Shown piece by piece: positions 21,916 through 32,219 of a stretch of DNA of 64,000 nt (position 1 is the first letter of the stretch; every line of letters starts with the position of its first letter). Source of the DNA: Anaeromyxobacteraceae bacterium (GTDB lineage Bacteria > Myxococcota > Myxococcia > Myxococcales > Anaeromyxobacteraceae); assembly GCA_047602405.1 (NCBI GenBank), contig JASGHJ010000001.1:1920001-1984000 (forward strand). Reading direction: 5' to 3'. Under the pieces are notes generated by a model that saw only the letters and a program-made list of their open reading frames with translations, was not told where the DNA came from and ran no database searches. The position numbers were made by a program, and so were the translations under genes.

Positions 21916-22937
21916 CAGCAGATCCGGGGGAGGAGCTCGCCCTCCGGCTCCGCCAGCATGCGGCGGCCGAAGCCGGTGTCGAGGATGACCGAGCCGGGGC
22001 GCTCGGCGATGGCGGTCGCGATGATCGCGGCGTCCCTGCCCTGCGGGTGGGCGCGGAGCGCCTCGAGGACCTTCGCGGCGGACCGCTCGCGCACCGCGAT
22101 GACCGCCTTGCCCTCGTTCGCGACGAGCAAGGGGTCGATGCCGACCATGTCGCCCGCCGCGCGGACCTCGGCGCGGACCGGGACGCTGCCCTCGTCGATG
22201 ATGATGCCGACCTTGCCCTTCGCGGCCATCTCGTGGAGCACGCCCGCGACGCCGCCGCGGGTCGGGTCCTTCATGGCGCCGACGTCGTCGCCCGCGACCT
22301 TCAGGACCTCGCGGATCATGCCGTTGAGCGGCGCGACGTCGGAGCGGAGGTCGCCCTCGAGGCGCAGGTCGTGGCGGCGGGTCATGATCGCCATGCCGTG
22401 GTCGCCGATGTGGCCGGTGACGATGATCCTGTCGCCGGCCTTCAGGCCCGCGTCGGAGATGACGCGGCTCGTGAGCGCGACGCCGGTCGTGTTGAGCACG
22501 ATCCCGTCGACCTCGCCCTTGCCCATGACCTTCGTGTCGCCGGTCACGATGGGCGCGTTCGCCTCGGCGGCGGTCGCCTTCATCGAGGCGACGATCTTCT
22601 CGAGGTCCTCGCGCGGGAAGCCGTCCTCGAGGATCACCGCGCAGGTGAGGGCGAGCGGCTCGGTCGCGCCCATCATCGCGAGGTCGTTCACGGTGCCGGA
22701 CACCGAGATCCGCCCGATGTCGCCGCCCGGGAAGAAGATCGGGTGGACGACGTGCGAGTCGGTGGTGACGACGAGCCACCGGTCGCCGACGCGGATCGCC
22801 GCGCCGTCGTCCATCTCGGCGAGCCCGATCCCGTCCACCGGCGAGGCGAGCTGCAGGAACACGTCCTCGATGAGCTGGCGCATCGCGCGCCCGCCCGAAC
22901 CGTGCTTGAGCCCGATCCGGGCGCCCGGCCGATCCAT
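21915..22937 (-). CDS. hypE: carbamoyl dehydratase HypE
   Basis: HGSGG, TTDSHVV, GTVNDLAM, DPTRGG motifs and C-terminal PRIC. Confidence 0.97.
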   Translation of the reverse strand: MDRPGARIGLKHGSGGRAMRQLIEDVFLQLASPVDGIGLAEMDDGAAIRVGDRWLVVTTDSHVVHPIFFPGGDIGRISVSGTVNDLAMMGATEPLALTCAVILEDGFPREDLEKIVASMKATAAEANAPIVTGDTKVMGKGEVDGIVLNTTGVALTSRVISDAGLKAGDRIIVTGHIGDHGMAIMTRRHDLRLEGDLRSDVAPLNGMIREVLKVAGDDVGAMKDPTRGGVAGVLHEMAAKGKVGIIIDEGSVPVRAEVRAAGDMVGIDPLLVANEGKAVIAVRERSAAKVLEALRAHPQGRDAAIIATAIAERPGSVILDTGFGRRMLAEPEGELLPRIC

Positions 22938-22939
22938 CG

Positions 22940-24121
22940 TCACGCCTCCACTTTCCGAGTCGCAGCCTGAGGTGTCGCAGCCTTCGTGTCCGGCGCCCGC
23001 AGGTCGGGCGCGCCGCCGTAGGTGTGCCAGATGCGGCACTGGCCCTCGGAGGAGACCATGCAGGCGCCCACCGGCGCCTCCGGCACGCAGGCCTTCCCGA
23101 ACAGCGCGCAGTCGTTCGGCGTCGAGAGGCCCAGCATGATCGAGCCGCAGATGCAGCCCATGGCCTCGGCGCTGCGGGCGTCGTCGCGGACGCCCGAGGT
23201 GTCGATCGTGAACCGCTTGCGCGCGTCGAGGTGCGCCCAGTCGGGCTTGAGATCGAGGTTGCCGCCCTTCACCATGGCGATGCCGCGCCAGGTGCCGTCG
23301 ACGACGTCGAAGACCTTCCACAGCGACCGCTGCGCGGGGAGGTTGCCCTCCTTCGACACGCAGCGCGGGTAGACGTTCGCGACCTCGGGCTTCCCCTCGC
23401 GCACGAGGTCGGTGACCTTCACGAGCGAGGCGAGGATGTCGAGGGGCTCGAACCCGGCCACCGCCACCGGTGAGCCGGTCTTCCGCGCGAAGGGCTCGAA
23501 GATCTCCCAGCCGGTGATGATCGCGGCGTGGCCGGCGGCGAGGTAGCCGTCGATGCGGGTCTCGGGGCTCGCGGCGACGATCTCCATCGCGGCCGGCACG
23601 TACTTGTGCACCGACAGGATCGAGAAGTTCGCGGGCGGGTTCGTGAGGGCGACGGCCGCCGTGGCGACCGCGGTGGTCTCGAAGCCGGAGCCGAGGAACA
23701 CGACCTGCTCGGCCGGGTGCGCCCTCGCGAGCTCGACCGCCTGGGACACCGAGTAGACGATGTCGACCTTCGCGCCGAGCCCCTTCGCGTCGCCGAGCGA
23801 CTTCGAGGTGCCGGGCAGGCGGAGCATGTCGCCGTAGGTGCAGACCCGGACGCCGGCGAGCGCGAGCGCGACCGCCTCGTCGACCTCCGGCGCGTCGGTC
23901 ACGCAGACCGGGCAGCCGGGGCCCATGATGAGGTCGAGGCCGGGCGGCAGCACCGCGCGCAGGCCGAAGCGGGCGATGGCCTGCTCGTGGCTGCCGCACA
24001 CGTGCATGATCGCGACCTCGCGGCCGATCGCGTCGACGTTCCGGGCGAGCGCGTCGGTGAGCGCGCGCGCCTTCGCGGGGTCGCGGAACTTGAGCTCCGC
24101 GGTGAGGTCCTTCCCGCTCAC
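22940..24121 (-). CDS. hypD: hydrogenase maturation protein HypD (proximal copy)
   Basis: CGSHE, GPGCPVC, GFETT and GACMVSSEGQC motifs; GTGA overlap with hypC. Confidence 0.96.
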   Translation of the reverse strand: MSGKDLTAELKFRDPAKARALTDALARNVDAIGREVAIMHVCGSHEQAIARFGLRAVLPPGLDLIMGPGCPVCVTDAPEVDEAVALALAGVRVCTYGDMLRLPGTSKSLGDAKGLGAKVDIVYSVSQAVELARAHPAEQVVFLGSGFETTAVATAAVALTNPPANFSILSVHKYVPAAMEIVAASPETRIDGYLAAGHAAIITGWEIFEPFARKTGSPVAVAGFEPLDILASLVKVTDLVREGKPEVANVYPRCVSKEGNLPAQRSLWKVFDVVDGTWRGIAMVKGGNLDLKPDWAHLDARKRFTIDTSGVRDDARSAEAMGCICGSIMLGLSTPNDCALFGKACVPEAPVGACMVSSEGQCRIWHTYGGAPDLRAPDTKAATPQAATRKVEA

Positions 24122-24411
24122 TTCGCGTCCTTGCCCGCCGAGATCTCGCCGCGGACGTCCTCGGCCATGAGGTCGAGCTCGGCCTTCGCGCCGGTGACGT
24201 CCAGGATCTGGTCGAAGAGGGCGAGCGTCTCCTGGACCTCGCTCTCCGGGATGCGGCGGATGGCGAAGCCCACGTGGTTGAGCACGTAGTCACCCACCTG
24301 CACGGGCTCGTCGACGATGTCGAGGCGGAGCTCCTTCTTCACGCCGAAGAAGTCGACCGTCGCGTTCATGCCGTCGATGGCGAGGATCTTGCCGGGGACG
24401 CCGAGGCACAT
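24118..24411 (-). CDS. hypC: hydrogenase chaperone HypC
   Basis: MCLGVPG and GDYVLNHVGFAI motifs. Confidence 0.97.
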   Translation of the reverse strand: MCLGVPGKILAIDGMNATVDFFGVKKELRLDIVDEPVQVGDYVLNHVGFAIRRIPESEVQETLALFDQILDVTGAKAELDLMAEDVRGEISAGKDAK

Positions 24412-24428
24412 GTCCGAACTCTCCTGTC

Positions 24429-26802
24429 TCAGGCCGATGCGTCGGCCACGATGGCCTGCCCGAGCGCGATCCCCCCGTCACCGGGGGGGACGCGGCCGTG
24501 CAGGTATACCCGAAAATCGCTCCCCAGTTCCCCGAGGATCCCCTCGGCGAGCCGGGCGTTCTGGAAACAGCCGCCGGTGAGCACCACCGGCAGCCGCCCG
24601 GCCTGCCGCGCGGCGTCGCGGACGAGCGCGGCGCCGGCCTTCGCCAGGGCGGCGTGGAACCGCGCCGAGATGGCGCCCGGCGAGGCCTCCGCCGCGGCGT
24701 CGGCGGCGAGCGCCCGCCAGAGCGGCCTGAGGTCGAGCGAGGTGAGCGGGCCGGCGCGGCCGAGGTCGAAGGGGTAGGCGCCCGGCTCCGACGGATCCGC
24801 CGCCGCGTCGAGCGCGATGGCGACCTGGCCCTCGAACCGGGCGTCGCCGCGGCCGAGCGCGAGAGCCCCCGCGGCGTCGAAGACGCGGCCCACGCCGTGG
24901 GCGAGCGGGGCGTTCACGCCACCCGGAGATCATCCGCCGGACGGTCTCGAGCTCGGCGGGCGGCACGGCGCGGAAGAGGGGGAGCGACTCCAGCGGAGGC
25001 GCGCCGTCGAACGCGTCGAGGAGCGCCGCGAGCGCCGCGCGCCAGGGCTGGCGCACGGCGCGATCGCCACCGGCGAGCGCGAGCGGGCGGAACGTGGCGA
25101 GCCGCTCGAAGCGGCCGGCCTCGGCGAGGAGCAGCTCGCCGCCCCAGGCCGCGCCGTCGGTGCCGAGGCCGGTGCCGTCCCACGCCAGCGCGAGCACCGG
25201 CCCGTCGAGGCCGTGCTCGGCCATCGCCGCCGCGGCGTGGGCGTGGTGATGCTGCACCTCCACGAGCGGCACGCCGAGGGCGGCGGCGCGCTCGCGGGCG
25301 TACCGGGTGGACAGGTAGAGCGGGTGGAGGTCGCAGGCGACGACCTCGGGGCGCACCGCGAGGAACGTCTCGAGCCGCGCGATGGCGGCCTCGAAGGAGG
25401 CGTAGGTCTCGAGGTCGTCGAGGTCGCCGACGTGCGGCCCGAGCGTCGCCTCGTCGCCGCGGGCGAGGCAGAAGGTGTTCTTGAGCTGGGCGCCGACCGC
25501 GAGCACCGGGCGGCGGACCCTGCGCGAGAGCACGACCGGGCGGGGCACCCAGCCGCGCGAGCGGCGCATGACGAGCGGCTTCCCGGCGACGACGCGGGTG
25601 ACGCTGTCGTCGGCGCGCGACGCGATGGGCCGGTCGTGCACGAGGAACAGGTCGGCGATGCCGGAGAGGCGGCGGACCGCGTCGTCGTCCTCGAACGCGA
25701 TCGGCTCGTCGGAGAGGTTGCCGCTCGTCATCACGAGGGGCCTCGCCACGGCGGCGAGGAGCAGGTGGTGCAGCGGCGCGTAGGGGAGCATCACCCCCAC
25801 GAGCGGGCTCCCCGGGGCGAGGCCGGCCGCGAGCCGCGCCCCGTCTTCGAGCGGCACGGCCCGCCGCCGCACGAGCACGATCGGCCGCTCCACCGAGGCG
25901 AGCAGCGCCTCCTCCGCCGGCCCGAGCTCCGCGACCGCGCGCGCCTCCTGGAGGTCGCGCACCATGATCGCGAGCGGCTTCTCCTCCCGGTGCTTCCGCT
26001 GCCGGAGGAGCGCCACGGCCGCGTCGGAGGTGGCGTCGCAGGCGAGGTGGTACCCGCCGATGCCCTTCACGGCGGCGATCTGGCCCGCCACGAGCGCGCG
26101 GGCGACCTCTTCGATGGCGTGCTTCGACTCCCGCTCATGCTGAGCGTAGGCCCCCCGGTGCTCCGCACCGGGGGCCGAAGTCGAAGCACGCTCAGGATGA
26201 GCGGCCAATGAAGGACGGACCACCCACACCTTCGGCCCGCACGCCGGGCACGCGTTCGGCTGGGCGTGGAAGCGGCGGTCGCCGGGGTCGCCGTACTCGC
26301 GCGCGCAGGCGGGGCACATCGTGAACCCGGCCATCGTCGTGGCCGGCCGGTCGTACGGGACGTCGAGGGCGATGGTGAACCGCGGGCCGCAGTCGGTGCA
26401 GTTCGTGAACGGGTAGCCGTGGCGGCGGTCGGCGGGGTCGAGGAGCTCGCGCCGGCACGCCTCGCAGGTGCCGAGGTCGGGCGGGATGGCCACCCGGCGC
26501 TCGGTGGCGCCGCCGCTCTCCACGATCTCGAACGCGGCGGCGGCCTCGGCGGGGATCGGCGAGGCCTCGAGGGTCTCGATGACCGCGGCGGGCGGCCGGT
26601 CGGTGCGGAGCCGGGCGGTGAAGGCCTCGAGCGCCGGCGCGGGCGCGAAGGCCTCGATGGTCACGCCGGCGGCGTCGTTCCGGACGCGGCCCGAGACGCC
26701 CGCCTCGCGGGCGAGCCGGTAGACGAACGGCCGGAAGCCGACGCCCTGCACGGTGCCGGTCACGCGGATGCGCCGGCCTTCTCTGGTCTCGCTCTCGGAC
26801 AA
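24429..26802 (-). CDS. hypF: carbamoyltransferase HypF, +1 frameshift near 24922 (TTG start inferred)
   Basis: GTVQGVGFRP, two zinc fingers, KGIGG, QHHHAH and DGTG motifs; C-terminal GRVFDA...GGCFQN...DGGIALGQA continues in the next frame. Confidence 0.93.
26118..26204. repeat. REP-like palindromic element within the hypF coding sequence
   Basis: Two interleaved inverted pairs (12 bp perfect; 16 bp with 1 mismatch) plus an inner hairpin; homologous to 37043-37095. Confidence 0.75.
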
Positions 26803-26951
26803 GCGGTCGATCGCCCCGGCGGTTCCTGCGTGGAGGGGAGCCGGGGTCCACGTGAAAGGGTGCAACGGGCGGTCCAGGGACCCCCTGAAACGAACCCGCC
26901 GGAATCCTAGGGGATTCCGGCGGACGAGGCGCAGGCGGGGCGGATCGGGCG

Positions 26952-26965
26952 TTGATCTCGCGCAA
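26952..26965. promoter_or_regulatory. FNR/CRP-family-like box upstream of hypF
   Basis: TTGAT-CTCG-CGCAA versus consensus TTGAT-N4-ATCAA. Confidence 0.45.
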
Positions 26966-27025
26966 AGGCTTCGTGCGCGCACCGCCCAGGCGGTGACCCT
27001 CGACGGGCCCTGGGCGGGCGGCTCA

Positions 27026-28522
27026 GGGACCGTGAAGGAATGGCCCGGCGGTAGCGGAGGCGGCTCCCGGGCTGGCCGTCGCGGGCGGTGGGCGGGGTGA
27101 GAGGCCGACGACGGCCCTCACGCCTGTGGGCGGGATTCGTCGAGGACGATCGATCGGCTTCGCCCGATGTCAGGTCGCCGCGCTCGCGGCGACGACCCGC
27201 AGGAGGTTGAAGGTCAGGGCGGCGAGCAGCACAACCGTCTTCACTTTCACGATGCCGCGGACCTTGAGGCGATCGAGCCCTCGGTGTCCTCGAAGATCGG
27301 CGTTGGTCCGTTCGGCGAGCACGCCACGCTGGACGTAGATGCGCTTCGCATCCTCGGTTCCCATCCGGACGCGCCAGGCGGCTACGTTCGGTGTGTCGCC
27401 GCGCTTGGGGGCGTACCGGTCTACGGTGTCGTTCTTCGGCTTGGGGGTCGGCGCGTAGATCGTGGCGCCGCGGTGCGAGACGACCTCGATGTTCTCGAGG
27501 CTCGTGAAGCCGCCATCCACCAGGTACTCGTCCGGCACCTTGCCTGTGCGCCGCTCGATCTCATCGAGCATCGGCACGACGTGGGGTTGGTCCGTCCCGT
27601 GGTTCGTCACGTCGACGCCCACGATGATCCCGCTCTCGTCGGTTGCGAGCTGGACGTTGTATGCGGGCCGGAAGCCACCGTCCGCCATCTTCATCACCCT
27701 GCTCTCGGCGTCCGTCGTGCTGACGCGGATCTCCTTGCGCCGCTTGGCCTCGGAAGGCTTCCTCGCGTCGCGCTCCGCACGATCCCGCTCGATGATCGGC
27801 AGTTCCTTCAAGGCCGCCTCGATCGCGGCCTGGCGAGCCGTCGCCGCGCGCTCCTTCGCGGCCGAGACCCGCTTCGACGACGCGGACGGGTCCGACTCGA
27901 ATCTCTCGGCGCAGCTTACGAACCTGTTGCTCCGCCTCGTCGCGGCAGCGCTCCAGGGACTGCCGCCGCCGAAAACTCGCTGCACCAGCGCTCGCTCGGA
28001 CCTTCATCCCGTCCTGCGCGACACGCCGCAACTTCACCACGCCTTCCTTCATGAGGACGGCGAGCACCTGGGTCAAAAGGCCATCGAGCTTCTTCCCGTG
28101 GTCCACGCGGAAGTCCGCGAGCGTGTGGTAGTTCACCGGGACTCCGCCGCAGATCCACCGATACGGAGCATCCCGGACGCAGAGCTGCTCCAGCAGCCGC
28201 GCGCTACCGACACCCTCCGAGTTCGCGAACAGCCACAAGGCGAGCATCACGGCGGGATCCGTGGCGGGGCGCCCAGCGATGCTGCCTCGCGCGCGGATCT
28301 CGTCGTAGAACGCCGACAGGTCGAGGCGCTCGACCATGGCCCAGATCCCACGCACCGGGTGGTCGTCGGGCACCATCGCCTCGAGGTCCGTCGGCTGCAA
28401 CGCCAGCTGATTCCGGACCGGCCTCAGCACTCGCGGCGCGTCGTCGTCGCTCACGCCACCAGAAGATCACGGCCAGGGGGCCCCAGTCCATGGGACACCC
28501 CGGCCGATTCCTTCACGCTCTC
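27026..28522 (-). mobile_element. IS1182-family insertion sequence
   Basis: IRs GGGACCGTGAAGGAAT and (reverse complement) GAGAGCGTGAAGGAAT match 14/16; TCA duplicated on both sides (CTCAG if the ends are trimmed by 1 nt); single transposase gene. Confidence 0.85.
27170..28454 (-). CDS. IS1182-family DDE transposase, +1 frameshift near 27901
   Basis: DHPVR...LDLS, GRPA.DP, SAR, YHTLADFR, QDG.KVRA, STTDAESRVMK, PAYNVQ, VDGGF and R...AE motifs. Confidence 0.9.
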
Positions 28523-29050
28523 TCAGTCGAGCCGGGGCTTCTCCCACCAGAGATCGGGCTCGAGCGGCTGGGCCCGGAGCCTGGGCGTCACGCCGACCTT
28601 CTCGAGCTCCATCAGGACGCCCTTCACGGCGCGCGGGATGGCCGCCCGGACGACCGCCGAGAGCGTCTCGTTCGACTCGACCTGCTCCGGGATGACGCCG
28701 ACGAGCTTGAACACCTTCGGCAGCACCTCGTTGAACTCGGCGTTGAGGAGCGCCTCGCGCACGCCGGGCTCGTGCGCGCTCACCACGCCGGGCATCGGCC
28801 GCTTGAGGAGCTCGGCCCCGTCGACGATGTGCACCTCGCCCGGCTCGCCCTTCAGCTTCACGGCGTCGATGAGCACGACCGCGTCGCGGTCCATGATGAA
28901 CGTGGTGAGCTCGTAGCCGGGCGTGCCGAAGTCCTCGCAGGTGACGCCCTCGGGGAACTCGTACTGCGCCGCGAGCAGGCGCGCGACGGTGGGGCCGATG
29001 CCGTCGTCGCCGTTGAGGACGTTGCCGATGCCGATGATCGCGACGTTCAC
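28523..29050 (-). CDS. hybD: hydrogenase maturation endopeptidase (HyaD/HybD family)
   Basis: GIGNVL.GDDG.G, D.GT, IDAV and SAHE motifs. Confidence 0.92.
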   Translation of the reverse strand: MNVAIIGIGNVLNGDDGIGPTVARLLAAQYEFPEGVTCEDFGTPGYELTTFIMDRDAVVLIDAVKLKGEPGEVHIVDGAELLKRPMPGVVSAHEPGVREALLNAEFNEVLPKVFKLVGVIPEQVESNETLSAVVRAAIPRAVKGVLMELEKVGVTPRLRAQPLEPDLWWEKPRLD

Positions 29051-29080
29051 GTGAAGCCTCCGCTGCGCAGCCCAGAAAGC

Positions 29081-29114
29081 GAACATCCCGTCCCCTTGCG
29101 AGGACGGGATGTTC
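29081..29114 (-). terminator. hairpin/terminator after the large-subunit gene
   Basis: 13-bp perfect stem GAACATCCCGTCC/GGACGGGATGTTC followed by GCTTTCT on the minus strand. Confidence 0.7.
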
Positions 29115-29160
29115 TAGCCCTTCTGGTTGTCCGAGTGGAAGTGCTGACGGGCTAACCGGC

Positions 29161-30924
29161 TTACAGCACCTTCACCGAGGCGATCTCCTGGCCGTCGGCG
29201 TCCACCGTGTGGATGGCGCACGCGAGGCAGGGGTCGAACGAGTGGATCGTGCGGAGCGCCTCGAGGGGCAGCTTCGCGTCCGCGATCGGGTTGCCGACGA
29301 GGGAGGCCTCGTACGGGCCCTTCTCGCCCTTGGCGTCGCGGGGACCCGCGTTCCAGGTCGAGGGGACGACCGCCTGGTAGTTGTCGAGCTTCATCGACTT
29401 GCCGTCGGAGGAAGCGGAGACGACGCACCAGTGGGAGAGCAGGCCGCGGGGCGCCTCGTGGATGCCGACGCCCTGGTAGACCTTGCCCTTCTCGAGCTTC
29501 GCCATCGGATCGACGAAGATCGAGGTGTCGCCCTTGCCGATGTTCTCGACGAGGAGCTTCCAGTGCTTCAGCGCGAGGTCGCTCATGACGGCCGCGCGGA
29601 TGGCGCGGGCGCCGTGACGGCCGAGCGTGGAGTGGAGGACGGCCGGCGTGAGCTTCACGCCCGCGATCTTCCCGGCGGTCTCGAGCATCCAGGTCGCGTA
29701 CTTCACGAACAGCGGGCTGCCCGTGGCGACGCCGACGAGGACCTGGGCGAGCGGACCGACCTGGACCGGCTTGCCCTCGAGGCGAGGCGCCTTGACCCAG
29801 GAGTACTTGTCCGGGGCGGGCGTCTCCTGCTTCCAGTCGGCGACCTTCTGGAGCTCGTCACCCGGGAGCGGCTTCGTCTCGCCCTTCCACGGGTGCTTCG
29901 CGTCGGCGCCCTGGTAGAGCGAGTGGGCGACGGACTCGGTGACGTTCTCGCGGAAGTACTTGTCCTTCCAGTCCGCGATCTTCTGGACCTTGCCGAGGTC
30001 GGCGTTCCAGATGATGCCGCCGGGCAGGTCGAACTGCGTCATCTTGGCGTCGGTCGGGAGATCCGGGATCGCCATGTAGTTCGTGACGCCCGCGCCGTAC
30101 TTCAGCCAGTCCGGGTAGCTCGCCGCGATGGCGGCCACGTCGGGCAGGTAGACCTGCTTGATGAAGGTCGCGACCTCCTCGAAGAGCTCCTTGACCTTGT
30201 ACAGGCGCTCCATGTTGAGGGTCGCCGGGTTGTCCAGGTTGATCGCGTTGGCGACGCCGCCGACCGCGAGGTTCTGGATGTTCGGCGTCTTCGACCCGAG
30301 GATCGCGACGATCTGGTTGGCCTTCCGCTGCACCTCGAGGGCCTGCAGGTAGTGCGCGACGGCGAGGAGGTTCACCTCGGGCGGGAGCTTCATCGCCGGG
30401 TGGCCCCAGTAGCCGTTCTGGAAGATGCCGAGCTGGCCCGCGGCCACGAAGCTCGCCACCTTCTCCTTCACGGCGGTGAGCTGGTGGACGGAGTTGCCCG
30501 CCCACTGCTCGCCGAGCTTGTCGGCCAGCGCCGCGGCCTTCGCCGGATCGGCCTTGAGCGCGGAGACCACGTCCACCCAGTCCAGCGCGGACAGGTGGTA
30601 GAAGTGCACGATGTGGTCGTGCAGCGCGTGGGCCGTGATGATGAGGTTGCGGATCAGCTGAGCGTTCAGCGGGATCTCGAGGCCGAGCGCGTCCTCGACG
30701 GAGCGGACCGACGCGATCGCGTGCACGGTCGTGCACACGCCGCAGATGCGCTGCGTGAAGACCCAGGCGTCACGGGGATCGCGGTCCTTGAGGATGACCT
30801 CGATGCCGCGCCACATGGTGCCGGCGGACCACGCGTTCTTCACGACGCCCCCGTCGACCTCGCAGTCGATGCGGAGGTGACCCTCGATGCGAGTGACAGG
30901 GTCGATGGTGATGAGCTTGCCCAT
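29161..30924 (-). CDS. hybC: [NiFe]-hydrogenase large subunit, Hyb-type
   Basis: DPVTRIEGH; L1 QRICGVCTTVH; L2 SFDPCLACAIH followed by a cleavable extension; no Sec. Confidence 0.97.
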   Translation of the reverse strand: MGKLITIDPVTRIEGHLRIDCEVDGGVVKNAWSAGTMWRGIEVILKDRDPRDAWVFTQRICGVCTTVHAIASVRSVEDALGLEIPLNAQLIRNLIITAHALHDHIVHFYHLSALDWVDVVSALKADPAKAAALADKLGEQWAGNSVHQLTAVKEKVASFVAAGQLGIFQNGYWGHPAMKLPPEVNLLAVAHYLQALEVQRKANQIVAILGSKTPNIQNLAVGGVANAINLDNPATLNMERLYKVKELFEEVATFIKQVYLPDVAAIAASYPDWLKYGAGVTNYMAIPDLPTDAKMTQFDLPGGIIWNADLGKVQKIADWKDKYFRENVTESVAHSLYQGADAKHPWKGETKPLPGDELQKVADWKQETPAPDKYSWVKAPRLEGKPVQVGPLAQVLVGVATGSPLFVKYATWMLETAGKIAGVKLTPAVLHSTLGRHGARAIRAAVMSDLALKHWKLLVENIGKGDTSIFVDPMAKLEKGKVYQGVGIHEAPRGLLSHWCVVSASSDGKSMKLDNYQAVVPSTWNAGPRDAKGEKGPYEASLVGNPIADAKLPLEALRTIHSFDPCLACAIHTVDADGQEIASVKVL

Positions 30925-30938
30925 GGAAATGACCTCTA

Positions 30939-32219
30939 TTACCGGTGGGCCGCGGCGGCGCCGCTGCCGACGTTGGAGTGCGCGCGGTCTTCCACGACCA
31001 CGACAGGGAACAGGCGGGACACGACCACGAAGATGGCGATGCCGACGGCGGCCATGCCGATGGTCACGATGGACTCACCGAGCGACGGGAAGTACTGCCA
31101 CCCCGCCTCCCACGGCTTGCCGTTCGGCTGCCAGCCGACCGGACGGTAGAACGTGAGGTACGTGTCCACCCGGTAGAAGGCCCCGGCCATCACGGCCATG
31201 AACGCGGCGAGGAAGAGCTGCCCGCGGTTCGAGGCGACCTTCGTCGACATGAACATGAAGGCCGGCACGAGGAAGAGCGCCATCTCGAAGAGGAACCAGA
31301 TTGTCGGGAAGTTGAACCCGAGGAAGCTGAGCTTCGAGACCAGCACGTCCTGGCCGTTCACGCCGATCGTGTACTTCCCGACGAAGAGCTCGCCGATGCG
31401 GAGGGCGGCGTAGAGGAAGAGCAGCCCGCCGTTCACCTTGGAGAGGGACACGAAGAGCTTCTGGTCGACCTTCGCGTTCCAGGTCATCCCGAGGATGTTG
31501 GTCAGCACCACCACCGTCCCGTACCCCATCGAGAGGCAGGAGATGAGGAAGAGGGTGGGGAGCAGCCCGTTGTGCCAGAGCGGGTGGATCTTCGGCCCCG
31601 CGATGAGCATCAGGCCGCCCAGCGAGCTCTGGTGCATGGTCGGGAGGACGATGGCCGCCGCGATGAAGAAGGGCATCGCCTTCGCCATCACCGGCTTCCA
31701 CTTCTTCCCGAACGCCTGCCAGCCCTTGTCCTGGGCGACCTCGGCGGCGTCGAGCGCCGACGGGATGACCTCGATCCAGAGCACGCAGACGTACGCCATC
31801 ACGCAGACGGCGACCTCGAGCAGCGCGGAGGACAGGTTCCAGTACGGGATCCAGGGGAGCCAGTACGCGTTCCACGGACGGCCGAGCGCGATGACGATCG
31901 AGCTCGCGCCGAGGGTGTACGCGATGGCGCCCGTGAGCACGGCCGGGCGGACCAGGCCGTGGTACTCGCCCTTGTTGAGCGCGTAGCAGAGGAGGCCGAC
32001 CGCGAACGCGCCCGCGCCGATGCCGGTGAAGACGACGACGTTGACGGGCTCCCAGATGCCCCAGGTGAACCCGTCGGTCATCATCGACACGGGGCCGATG
32101 CCCACCGCGAAGCGGTAGATCATGACCACGGCCGCGACGCCGAACACGGCGAGCAGCTTCTTCATGAGCGGGTCGAGGAGAACGCCCCCGATCGCCTTGG
32201 GATGCTCGTGCGCGCTCAT
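30939..32219 (-). CDS. hybB: hydrogenase-2 integral membrane subunit (NrfD family)
   Basis: WGIW, LGRPW, LLEVAVC and LPTMHQSSLG motifs; many TM helices. Confidence 0.92.
   Translation of the reverse strand: MSAHEHPKAIGGVLLDPLMKKLLAVFGVAAVVMIYRFAVGIGPVSMMTDGFTWGIWEPVNVVVFTGIGAGAFAVGLLCYALNKGEYHGLVRPAVLTGAIAYTLGASSIVIALGRPWNAYWLPWIPYWNLSSALLEVAVCVMAYVCVLWIEVIPSALDAAEVAQDKGWQAFGKKWKPVMAKAMPFFIAAAIVLPTMHQSSLGGLMLIAGPKIHPLWHNGLLPTLFLISCLSMGYGTVVVLTNILGMTWNAKVDQKLFVSLSKVNGGLLFLYAALRIGELFVGKYTIGVNGQDVLVSKLSFLGFNFPTIWFLFEMALFLVPAFMFMSTKVASNRGQLFLAAFMAVMAGAFYRVDTYLTFYRPVGWQPNGKPWEAGWQYFPSLGESIVTIGMAAVGIAIFVVVSRLFPVVVVEDRAHSNVGSGAAAAHR

Noticed and set aside
29161..30924. [NiFeSe] or O2-tolerant 6-Cys hydrogenase
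   Set aside because: L2 is DPCLAC with no TGA; the small subunit has CTGC and no supernumerary Cys pattern.
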